A stretch of 20,000 nucleotides of DNA from an uncultured virus (IMG/VR IMGVR_UViG_3300033073_001410) (IMGVR_UViG_3300033073_001410:53521-73520); one strand, 5' to 3'. Counted from the stretch's first letter, positions 8,606-15,955 are shown. Notes: generated by a model not told the origin, from the sequence alone. A program made the numbers and translations.

Positions 8606-10036
8606 ATGAATCTTGTTTCAGCTTTACAGCAATCCAATACTACCACTGAGAATGGAATGGTAACCAATTCAAGTTCACTCAACAATTGTGTTGATCTGTT
8701 CTTTAAGATTGGAGCTTTTAGAGCTGCTGATGATTCCGATATAATCAGAGCATTTTCTTTAGCTTTTAACGAGAATCCTGTTACTTCTATGAGAATACTT
8801 TTCTGGGCTAGAGATGTAAGGGGCGGAGCTGGCGAGAGAAGGGTATTTAGAATCTGTCTAGACCATTTAACTAAATCCAATCCTGAATCTTTAAAAAGGA
8901 ACTTGGAGCTTATATCAGAATATGGTAGATGGGATGATCTTCTGGTTTTATTTGGAACTCCATTGCAGGAGGATGCTTTCGGTTTAATTAAAACCGCACT
9001 AGAATCAGAAAATGGATTATGTGCAAAGTGGATGCCTAGAAAAGGTCCAATTGCGAACGAGTTAAGAAAGTTTATGAACATGACTCCGAAGGAGTATAGA
9101 AAATTGCTTGTTTCTCTAACTAATGTGGTTGAGCAAAACATGTGTTTAAATAAATGGGAAGACATTAATTATTCAAATGTTCCATCGGTCGCTGCTGCAA
9201 GATACCAAAATGCTTTCTATAGAAAGGATCAGAAAAGATACGCTGAGTACATTCGTCTTTTAAGCATGCCTAGTGAAGAAAGACCAAATGAAATAAAAAT
9301 CAATGCTCAAGCGGTTTATCCCTATGATGTTATTAAATCTCTAAACAGAGGTAATAAGGACGTTGCAACCGAACAATGGAAGGCTCTTCCTAATTATATG
9401 GAGGGAAATACTGAAATGATTCTACCTGTAGTTGATGTTTCAGGTTCTATGATGTCCTCAGTATCTGGTGGATCTTCCTTAACTTGTATGGACGTATCAG
9501 TGTCTTTAGGACTTTATATCTCGGAAAGAAATAACGGGCCTTTCCAGGATCACTTTATAACATTTAGTGAGAGCCCTAGTCTACAGAAATTATCGGGTAA
9601 TCTTTATGATAGATATTGTCAATTATCCGAATCCGATTGGGGAATGTCAACTAATCTAGAATCTGTATTCAATTTGATTCTAAAGCAAGCTACTAAACAC
9701 AACATCTCTGAATCTGAAATGCCATCTAAAATATTGATTCTTTCCGATATGGAGTTCGATGAATGTATAATGGACGGTGAAAGTACATCTGCGATGGAGA
9801 TGATCAGAAAGAAGTACTCTGATGCTGGATATAAGCTTCCTTCGATTATATTCTGGAATATCCAGAGCAGAAGAGGTGGAAATAATATACCTGTTAGATT
9901 TGATGAGATGGGAACTGCTTTAGTTTCTGGATTTTCTCCTTCGATACTTAAATCAATATTAGCTGGTTCTGAAATAAGCCCGATGGAGATAATGAACCAG
10001 ACGATAAATTCGGAAAGGTATCAAAAAGTATCATAA
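8606..10036 (+). CDS. TROVE/Ro60-like helical domain + vWA protein (DUF2828-like)
   Basis: 'TTENG', 'DLFFKIGA', 'FWARDVRGGAGERR', 'EYGRWDDL', 'AKWMPR', 'INYSNVPS'; vWA MIDAS 'VDVSGSM' and 'ILSDMEFD', 'IIFWNI', 'LVSGFSP'. Confidence 0.88.
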   Translation: MNLVSALQQSNTTTENGMVTNSSSLNNCVDLFFKIGAFRAADDSDIIRAFSLAFNENPVTSMRILFWARDVRGGAGERRVFRICLDHLTKSNPESLKRNLELISEYGRWDDLLVLFGTPLQEDAFGLIKTALESENGLCAKWMPRKGPIANELRKFMNMTPKEYRKLLVSLTNVVEQNMCLNKWEDINYSNVPSVAAARYQNAFYRKDQKRYAEYIRLLSMPSEERPNEIKINAQAVYPYDVIKSLNRGNKDVATEQWKALPNYMEGNTEMILPVVDVSGSMMSSVSGGSSLTCMDVSVSLGLYISERNNGPFQDHFITFSESPSLQKLSGNLYDRYCQLSESDWGMSTNLESVFNLILKQATKHNISESEMPSKILILSDMEFDECIMDGESTSAMEMIRKKYSDAGYKLPSIIFWNIQSRRGGNNIPVRFDEMGTALVSGFSPSILKSILAGSEISPMEIMNQTINSERYQKVS

Positions 10037-10040
10037 ATAA

Positions 10041-10070
10041 TGAAACTTCTTCTGAATAGAAATATATAAA
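10041..10070 (+). promoter_or_regulatory. promoter TGAAAC-N18-TATAAA driving the non-coding unit
   Basis: TGAAAC 10041-10046 and TATAAA 10065-10070; the predicted start site falls a few nt before the first RNA stem at 10081. Confidence 0.75.
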
Positions 10071-10080
10071 TTAAAAATAA

Positions 10081-10167
10081 GGAATCTTTTCAGCAAAAAC
10101 AACTTACATTTAACTACGCAATAAGGATAGGACTCTTCGGAGCCTCCTATCAAAAAAAAGAGATTCC
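10081..10167 (+). ncRNA. putative structured RNA module 1 (Ro-associated, Y-RNA-like architecture)
   Basis: GGAATCTTTT (10081-10090) pairs with AAGAGATTCC (10158-10167, one G-U). It is followed by CAGCAAAAACAACT and contains an internal hairpin GATAGGA-CTC-TTCG-GAG-CC-TCCTATC (10126-10151) with a C(UUCG)G tetraloop. Confidence 0.65.
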
Positions 10168-10178
10168 GCTATTATTAA

Positions 10179-10231
10179 AGGATTGTTACAGCAAATACAA
10201 CTACAATTGAGATAACAGAAAAAACAATCCT
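10179..10231 (+). ncRNA. putative structured RNA module 2 (paralog of module 1)
   Basis: AGGATTGTT (10179-10187) pairs perfectly with AACAATCCT (10223-10231) and is followed by ACAGCAAATACAACT. Confidence 0.6.
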
Positions 10232-10240
10232 GATACTATT

Positions 10241-10272
10241 AAAGTCCGAGTGAAAGCTCGGACTTTTTTTTT
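10241..10272 (+). terminator. intrinsic terminator
   Basis: AAAGTCCGAG-T-GAAA-G-CTCGGACTTT stem with a GAAA loop, followed by a long T run. Confidence 0.9.
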
Positions 10273-10324
10273 CTTCCGGGATTATTTTTTATCTTTGTTT
10301 CATAAACCAATAAAAATCGAGATT

Positions 10325-10672
10325 ATGTTAACAAATGGAAAATTAGCAAACGAAGGATCGAATCTGGATAAACTCATTTCTAGATTTAGAAAACCAATTC
10401 TCCTAGCGGGACGTATCTTACTTGTTATTATAGCTCTTTCCTCAGGATATGCTATATCGGAGATTCAACATCGATACAAGGAATCCCTGGTAGAGGAGGA
10501 ATCCCCTATGGTAACTAGACCAGCTGCTGAAATCTCAGTGGCCATCAACGAAAGAAACGAGTTGATGCTCATAGATCGTAGAAATGGAAAATATGAGATT
10601 TACCAAGATTCTACTGGAATGCAGATCTTTAATCTTTACGCAAATAAGCTCTATAAGGACAATAATCAATAA
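10325..10672 (+). CDS. hypothetical single-pass membrane protein
   Basis: ATG at 10325, downstream of the terminator; hydrophobic segment ILLAGRILLVIIALSSGYAI; adjacent to the SLT gene. Confidence 0.7.
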   Translation: MLTNGKLANEGSNLDKLISRFRKPILLAGRILLVIIALSSGYAISEIQHRYKESLVEEESPMVTRPAAEISVAINERNELMLIDRRNGKYEIYQDSTGMQIFNLYANKLYKDNNQ

Positions 10673-10675
10673 GCC

Positions 10676-11188
10676 ATGAAGAATACGATGTACATGATCA
10701 TTATCGGAGTTTTAATGGCTCCTATAGCTTTCCTTTTAATCAGTAGTTCAACTGCTAAGGAAGAAACCGTTATGCTTGCTTCTGGTAGTTCAGCTTCTAT
10801 GAATTTGCCTCCATGTATCGAAATGCACAACTGCATAGAAAAGTACAGTAAAAAGTACGACATTCCAAAAAGATATGCCTATGGAGTGGCTTTCAAAGAA
10901 ACCAGATATCAAGGTGCATTTCATTGGAACTATAACCCAAAACAGACCAGTTGTGTTGGAGCTGTAGGACCGATGCAAATAATGTATCCAACCGCACAGA
11001 TGATGTGGAAAGACCGGGAATTTACCAAGGTGGATCTTAAGGACAATATAGATTTTAATGTTGAGACCAGCATGAAATTACTTAGACATCTCTATGATAG
11101 GTATAAAGACTGGAAGATCGTATTTGGGTGTTATAACACTGGACGTCCGATGGTTAATCAATATGCAATCGACGTGTATAATTTTTAA
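10676..11188 (+). CDS. lytic transglycosylase (SLT domain) with N-terminal signal/anchor
   Basis: Catalytic Glu in 'AFKETRY', 'GAVGPMQI', 'NV...MKLLRHLYDRYKDW', 'YNTG'; hydrophobic N-terminus. Confidence 0.85.
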   Translation: MKNTMYMIIIGVLMAPIAFLLISSSTAKEETVMLASGSSASMNLPPCIEMHNCIEKYSKKYDIPKRYAYGVAFKETRYQGAFHWNYNPKQTSCVGAVGPMQIMYPTAQMMWKDREFTKVDLKDNIDFNVETSMKLLRHLYDRYKDWKIVFGCYNTGRPMVNQYAIDVYNF

Positions 11189-11206
11189 TCCAATTCGGAA
11201 TAATTT

Positions 11207-11241
11207 AAAAATGCTCGGCTATAAAGGTCGAGCATTTTTTT
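11207..11241 (+). terminator. intrinsic terminator (possibly bidirectional)
   Basis: AAAAATGCTCGGC...GTCGAGCATTTTT inverted repeat followed by a T run. Confidence 0.8.
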
Positions 11242-11246
11242 ATGTA

Positions 11247-12167
11247 ATGAGAGCTGTTTATGTTGACTGGCACCTTCCCAGAAAAATGAAGGGTATAGTT
11301 TTACCGGTAAAGAAGCACTGGGAAGTTGCGATGATCATCAGAACAACATTCTTTTCCAGAGAGATAAATGGATTCTCGCCTGTTTTATATTGCGATCAGG
11401 AAACATATGATTATTATGAAAGTCTGGATCTCGTAAAGCACTTCGATGACGTATATCCTATCTTACCTAATGATGAGACAGAGGTAAATTTCGATCCTAC
11501 TGTTTTCTGGGCAGCTGCTAAGTTTTTAGCAATACAGAAATGCAACGAGCCATTTATTATGATTGACCTCGATGCAGAAATAAGATTCAAGATTAATCCC
11601 GAAGAATATGATGCCTTTTTTGCCCATTATGAGCTGGTACTAGATGATGACATTAATTACTATCCGCCACCTCAATACTTAGATCAATCCGATTATCTAG
11701 GAAAAAAGTACAATATCGATTGGAGTGATCTAGCTATGAATACGTCGATCATCTATTTTAAGGATCTCGATTTAGCAAAAGAGTTTGCAGATTCTGCCCT
11801 TGATTTTATGGAGAATGTCGATTCGATTAATTTAAATTTCGATCCGGTTTCGTACATACTCTTGGTTGAACAGAGATTAGCTTATGAACTGTGTAAGATC
11901 AAAGAATCTAATATTGGAACTCTAATCTCTGGAATCTACATACCAAGGGAAGCTAGGGATGGAATGGAACCAGAATTTGTCGATTCTGATGTTGATGAGA
12001 TATCACAAAAGGGCTTTCTTCATATTTGGGGATATAAAAAGGCACTAAATGCCAGTCCTGAATTGGAACAGCAGCTTTTAGGAGATCTTATCTCATCGAG
12101 AATAAATTTAAAAGATGATATCGTAGGTTCGATTTCTAAAAATTTCGAACTCTATATGAATAGATAA
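11247..12167 (+). CDS. DUF6734-like putative nucleotide-sugar transferase (GT-A-like DxD)
   Basis: 'LYCD', 'FWAAAKF', 'EPFIMIDLDA', 'AMNTSII', 'VEQRL', 'GFLHIWGYKK'. The ATG at 11247 lies after the terminator. Confidence 0.55.
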   Translation: MRAVYVDWHLPRKMKGIVLPVKKHWEVAMIIRTTFFSREINGFSPVLYCDQETYDYYESLDLVKHFDDVYPILPNDETEVNFDPTVFWAAAKFLAIQKCNEPFIMIDLDAEIRFKINPEEYDAFFAHYELVLDDDINYYPPPQYLDQSDYLGKKYNIDWSDLAMNTSIIYFKDLDLAKEFADSALDFMENVDSINLNFDPVSYILLVEQRLAYELCKIKESNIGTLISGIYIPREARDGMEPEFVDSDVDEISQKGFLHIWGYKKALNASPELEQQLLGDLISSRINLKDDIVGSISKNFELYMNR

Positions 12168-12170
12168 TAG

Positions 12171-12347
12171 ATGAATGAGGGTAAAAGAATAGAAGGTGAA
12201 TTCTATAACTATCTTAATGATTTTGCTAAGACTAACGGGATTAGGGTTACCGAGGTTATTAAGATGGATAAATTGGTAGAGGATCTTCGTAATCTTTATC
12301 TCTCTAAAAAAGGAAAGGAAAAAGATCAGGAAAAAGATCCTGAGTAA
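12171..12347 (+). CDS. small hypothetical protein (58 aa, not in ORF track)
   Basis: ATG 12171 to TAA 12347 (MNEGKRIEGEFYNYLNDF...KDPE) fills the gap before the tmRNA. Confidence 0.6.
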   Translation: MNEGKRIEGEFYNYLNDFAKTNGIRVTEVIKMDKLVEDLRNLYLSKKGKEKDQEKDPE

Positions 12348-12353
12348 TTATAT

Positions 12354-12843
12354 GGGCCCGCTTTGGATTTGACAGGCGGAGGTAGTTCTTTGAGATGCAG
12401 GCAGTCTTAGATTGGAAAGACTTTAATTACCTATCAAACAATAAACGCAAACGTTTACAATTCTGAGGATATCATGAGTATCCCAACTTCACTTACTCGC
12501 TCTGTAGTAGCTGAAGAGGTTGAGCTAGCTGTTGCAGCCTAACCAATTGGCGGCAACTGCCAATTATAAAAGAAAGTTGCAAGCTGGCAAGAAAAAAGGT
12601 TCGTAGTATTGCCTATTTGACATTGAGTGGAACCTTGAGGATTAGTTCAATACCCATTAAGATCGTCACTATCAATGTCAGTGAAACTTGGTTAGTACCG
12701 GGGAGTAAACCAGACCGAGCATTAAGTCTGAAAGAAAAAAGAAACGCACCAAAAGTTTGTTGATGTCGAAAAATCAACTAAGCCTGTGAATGAGTCCAAT
12801 GGACATTCGATCTGGACGAGGGTTCGACTCCCTCCGGGTCCAC
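12354..12843 (+). ncRNA. ssrA: tmRNA (transfer-messenger RNA)
   Basis: Acceptor stem GGGCCCG/CGGGTCC with a G3-U wobble (Ala identity) and discriminator A at 12842; GGATTTGAC near the 5' end; T-arm GAGGG-TTCGACT-CCCTC (12818-12834); GCAGGC/GCCTGT helix. The tag frame runs from ATAAAC-GCA at 12447 to TAA 12542 and ends LAVAA. Confidence 0.95.
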
Positions 12844-12848
12844 TTTTT

Positions 12849-12878
12849 TGAAACATTTTAGATAAATACTAATATAAA
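12849..12878 (+). promoter_or_regulatory. promoter TGAAAC-N18-TATAAA
   Basis: TGAAAC 12849-12854 and TATAAA 12873-12878, upstream of ORF 12894. Confidence 0.72.
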
Positions 12879-12893
12879 AATTAAATTATTATT

Positions 12894-13265
12894 ATGACAC
12901 TTACTATTACCGCTGTTTTATTAATTGCATTAGTTCTAGGATTTTGGTACTTTTACTCAAAGGGAGCTAACAGCAATATGAAGGGATCGATCGATGTTGA
13001 TCTGGATGTAAATTTGGATATCCCTTCAGAAGAAGGAGAAGCTGATGCTTCAACCACCGTATCTGTTGGATTCAATGGATCTGTTAACCAGGAGGAAGTA
13101 ACTGAATCCCCAGAACCTGTTGTTGAAGAGGAACCAGTTGTAGAAGAAAAAGCACCAGAGGTTAAAAAAGCTAAGGCTGAGAAAAAGAATCAGCCAAAAA
13201 AACCAGGAGCTAAACGAGGCAGAAAACCTAAAAAAGATAAAGGAAACGATCTACTACTAAGCTAA
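12894..13265 (+). CDS. membrane-anchored low-complexity protein (acidic middle, Lys-rich tail with KRGRKPK)
   Basis: N-terminal TM helix, E/P-rich segment and basic C-terminus; flanked by its own promoter and terminator. Confidence 0.8.
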   Translation: MTLTITAVLLIALVLGFWYFYSKGANSNMKGSIDVDLDVNLDIPSEEGEADASTTVSVGFNGSVNQEEVTESPEPVVEEEPVVEEKAPEVKKAKAEKKNQPKKPGAKRGRKPKKDKGNDLLLS

Positions 13266-13266
13266 T

Positions 13267-13294
13267 AAAAAAATCCCTCTCAGAGGGATTTTTT
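13267..13294 (+). terminator. intrinsic terminator (bidirectional-type)
   Basis: AAAAAAATCCCTC-TCA-GAGGGATTTTTT. Confidence 0.85.
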
Positions 13295-13360
13295 ATGAGA
13301 TAAATTTTTTAATCCCGCGACCAAAATTTACATTTAGGTCAAATTACTAAAAATAACACT

Positions 13361-13852
13361 ATGCTTTTAAGAACAATTAAAAATTACGCCCTACTCCGAA
13401 TTTACAAGACCTCTAGGTTTTTCAAGACTGGAAAATTCAAATCCGTAAAGAGAAGCAAAAAAGAAAGGACTCTTCAGAAGATAATCAAGGGGGTTTTAAA
13501 TGATCCAAAAAGCCGAGTTTATTACTCACCGGAAAGCTACCGAATATTCACTCACAACCAGGATAAGACATACATCATCTCGTTTGATGATCGTGAGATT
13601 AGAATCACGAATCACCGTTTCTTTTCCAGCTTCCAAGTAAATCCAGATTTTGCCCGCTCCATAATAAGAGAAGCATTTGCTCGGATAGAAAGAGATATGC
13701 AGGCATTAGAAAGCGAATCTGTTTGTAACGAGGATTTCTTCCTGAATGAGGTTTATGATAAATTTAGTTCCTCTGGAACTAATGAAGAGATGCCGACGAA
13801 GGAAACCGAGAAATACTTCGAGGATATTCTAAATGAGAGCACTCTGTCATAG
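13361..13852 (+). CDS. hypothetical protein
   Basis: 163 aa ORF with an A-rich upstream region. Confidence 0.75.
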   Translation: MLLRTIKNYALLRIYKTSRFFKTGKFKSVKRSKKERTLQKIIKGVLNDPKSRVYYSPESYRIFTHNQDKTYIISFDDREIRITNHRFFSSFQVNPDFARSIIREAFARIERDMQALESESVCNEDFFLNEVYDKFSSSGTNEEMPTKETEKYFEDILNESTLS

Positions 13853-13854
13853 TT

Positions 13855-14220
13855 ATGAGAATAGCAGTAATTGCCCATGACAATAAAAAAGCTGACCTTG
13901 TAGCTTTTATTCTTAAAAGATTAGATTTTTTTAAAGAGCATGAAATCGTAGCTACTGGAACTACAGGAAAACACATCGAGCATGCCGGCATAGAAGTGAA
14001 CAAGAAGCTATCTGGTCCTAAGGGTGGAGATGCACAAATAGCAGCAGAGCTTGTAGATGGTAAAATAGATGGTGTTTTATTTTTCATAGATCCTCTAACA
14101 TCGCATCCTCACGAGGTTGACGTTCAGATGCTTTTAAGATTATGTAATGTTTGGAACATTCCAATTGCTACAAATTATTCCACAGCAAAACTTTTAGTTG
14201 AAGCGATAACAAAAAAATAA
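13855..14220 (+). CDS. mgsA: methylglyoxal synthase
   Basis: 'IAVIAHDNKK', 'ATGTTG', 'SGPKGGDAQI', 'FFIDPL...PHEVDVQMLLRLC', 'PIATN'. Confidence 0.96.
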   Translation: MRIAVIAHDNKKADLVAFILKRLDFFKEHEIVATGTTGKHIEHAGIEVNKKLSGPKGGDAQIAAELVDGKIDGVLFFIDPLTSHPHEVDVQMLLRLCNVWNIPIATNYSTAKLLVEAITKK

Positions 14221-14227
14221 ATATTCG

Positions 14228-14980
14228 ATGATAGTATGTTTTATATCGGATACTCACTGTCAGCATTCAAGTAGAAAATTAGAATTTTATCTGGACAGAA
14301 TTCTGGAGAAATATCCAGATTCTACTATAGTCCACTGTGGCGATATTTCAAGTCGGGGTAGATTTACAGAAATAGAAGATTTTCTTTCGTGGTATTCAGA
14401 CCTAGGGTTTAAAAATAAAATAATGATCTCAGGTAATCACGATTTCTTCTTCGATTATGATCGTACACCAATAACTGATATGGGTAGATCTAGACACGGA
14501 AATCCGATGTATTCGAAGGAAGATGTTTACGATTTACTTTCAAAATATCCACAGATAATTTATTTGAATGATTCGGGTATCACCTTGGATGGAATAAACT
14601 TTTGGGGTAGCCCAGTAACCCCGTGGTTCCATGACTGGGCTTTTAATAGGACTGAGGAAACGATAATAGATCATTGGAAAATGATTCCTGATAATACGAA
14701 CATCCTGATAACTCATGGTCCTCCAAGAGGTATATTAGATCTTACCTACAATGGATACACCAATGTAGGTTGTATAGAACTAGCTGGAAAAACTTTTGAT
14801 TTAAAAGAACTTATGGTCCATGCTTTCGGACATATTCACGAGGCATTTGGTATTGAGACTGTCGATGAGGTAACCTATATAAATGCTTCGTTTCTGAATT
14901 TCAACTATCAGCCTTTAAATTCACCGATAATATTTGACACTGAGAGTAAAAAATCTTATATTTTTTCGATTCAGGATTGA
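14228..14980 (+). CDS. calcineurin-like metallophosphoesterase (MPPED/239FB-like)
   Basis: 'ISDTH', 'HCGD', 'SGNHD', 'ITHGPP', 'FGHIHE'. Confidence 0.92.
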   Translation: MIVCFISDTHCQHSSRKLEFYLDRILEKYPDSTIVHCGDISSRGRFTEIEDFLSWYSDLGFKNKIMISGNHDFFFDYDRTPITDMGRSRHGNPMYSKEDVYDLLSKYPQIIYLNDSGITLDGINFWGSPVTPWFHDWAFNRTEETIIDHWKMIPDNTNILITHGPPRGILDLTYNGYTNVGCIELAGKTFDLKELMVHAFGHIHEAFGIETVDEVTYINASFLNFNYQPLNSPIIFDTESKKSYIFSIQD

Positions 14981-15007
14981 AATTTTATCGGACATGTTTC
15001 ATAGAAA
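14978..15007 (+). promoter_or_regulatory. variant promoter TGAAAT-N18-TAGAAA
   Basis: Same spacing as the four consensus copies with one mismatch in each box; upstream of the TS-like gene. Confidence 0.45.
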
Positions 15008-15025
15008 GATAAAAGAAAATTATTA

Positions 15026-15802
15026 ATGAGAACATTCCAATACCCTTCCGATGCTATAAAATGGACTAAGGAAAGGTTATCAGATCACGGTTACGTTGTT
15101 AAAACAGAGAAATGGCAGGGCATAGAAGCTCCTGATGACATGTATGAAATAATGAACCATTCTTTTCAAATGGTTATACCGAAATCTATGGAAGAACTTG
15201 TTGATGAGGTAAAACCAAATTTACCTTGGGCTAATGAGCATTTCTTAGAAAGGGTTGGTGGACTTCCGCTCAATCCCCCGCCATCTCATGTTAACTGGCC
15301 ATTCGCTCAGAAGAATAACGAGCAGTTTGGTGGCAATGATAGATTTTCCCACACATATCCGGAGAGAATTTGGCCTAAATACGCTTCCGAAGTTCCAAAT
15401 TCTTCTATGGAAGGTATTAGATTTTCCTATGGTGATTTTGGTGATGTGCTGGATCTATTAGAGAAGGAGCCTTTTACGAGACAGGCATTCCTCCCGATCT
15501 GGTTTCCCGAAGATACCGGGGTAACTCACGGAGAAAGAGTACCCTGCACCATTGGTTATCATTTTATGAGAAGAGGTAATTTTTTCCATATCTCCTACTT
15601 TATTAGATCTTGTGATTATATAAGACACTTTAGAGATGACATATACCTAGCCATCAGAAAGCTAATGTGGATTCTGGATGAGCTTAAAAAAAGAGATCCG
15701 GAGAGATGGGGTGATGTTGTTCCGGGTTATTTTGCAATGCACATAGTTTCGCTTCATTGCTTTAACCGTGAGAAAGGACTTTTAAAACTAAGTAATAAGT
15801 AA
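15026..15802 (+). CDS. thymidylate synthase-fold enzyme, probable dCMP-modifying (hydroxymethylase-like)
   Basis: 'TRQAFLPIW', catalytic 'VPCT', 'IRSCDYIRHFRDD', 'SLHCF'. Confidence 0.8.
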   Translation: MRTFQYPSDAIKWTKERLSDHGYVVKTEKWQGIEAPDDMYEIMNHSFQMVIPKSMEELVDEVKPNLPWANEHFLERVGGLPLNPPPSHVNWPFAQKNNEQFGGNDRFSHTYPERIWPKYASEVPNSSMEGIRFSYGDFGDVLDLLEKEPFTRQAFLPIWFPEDTGVTHGERVPCTIGYHFMRRGNFFHISYFIRSCDYIRHFRDDIYLAIRKLMWILDELKKRDPERWGDVVPGYFAMHIVSLHCFNREKGLLKLSNK

Positions 15803-15803
15803 T

Positions 15804-15953
15804 ATGGAAAATGAGTTTGTAAAGGACGTACTAGATTTAGCTAATCGATATCCAAATGATTCTGAATTGGGAAAAAATGTAAGAATGCTAATCCGAAAAT
15901 ATAAGGAACATTCAGATACTAACAAAAAAAAGGAGGGTAGTCTCCAGAAATAA
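15804..15953 (+). CDS. small hypothetical protein (49 aa, YPNDSELG motif; not in ORF track)
   Basis: ATG 15804 to TAA 15953 exactly fills the gap between its neighbours. Confidence 0.7.
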   Translation: MENEFVKDVLDLANRYPNDSELGKNVRMLIRKYKEHSDTNKKKEGSLQK

Positions 15954-15955
15954 TT

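Noticed and set aside
7541..9165. Long minus-strand ORFs (7541-8137, 8554-9165) and the other minus-strand ORFs in the track
   Set aside because: They lie antisense to well-supported + strand genes, have Ser/Phe/Leu-rich shadow composition and no motifs.
10081..10244. CRISPR array or tRNA interpretation of the tandem modules
   Set aside because: Only two imperfect units, no identical repeats with regular spacers, no cas genes, no cloverleaf or TTC arm.
10250..10324. ORF-track GTG start at 10250
   Set aside because: It lies inside the terminator hairpin and reads through the T run (FFFF); ATG 10325 is the plausible start.
11094..11246. ORF-track start at 11094 for the DUF6734-like gene
   Set aside because: It overlaps the SLT gene and crosses a terminator; ATG 11247 is preferred.
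12811..12843. Stand-alone tRNA at the GGTTCGACTCCC arm
   Set aside because: Its acceptor partner lies about 480 nt upstream at 12354 with a tag frame in between, so it is the tmRNA 3' end.
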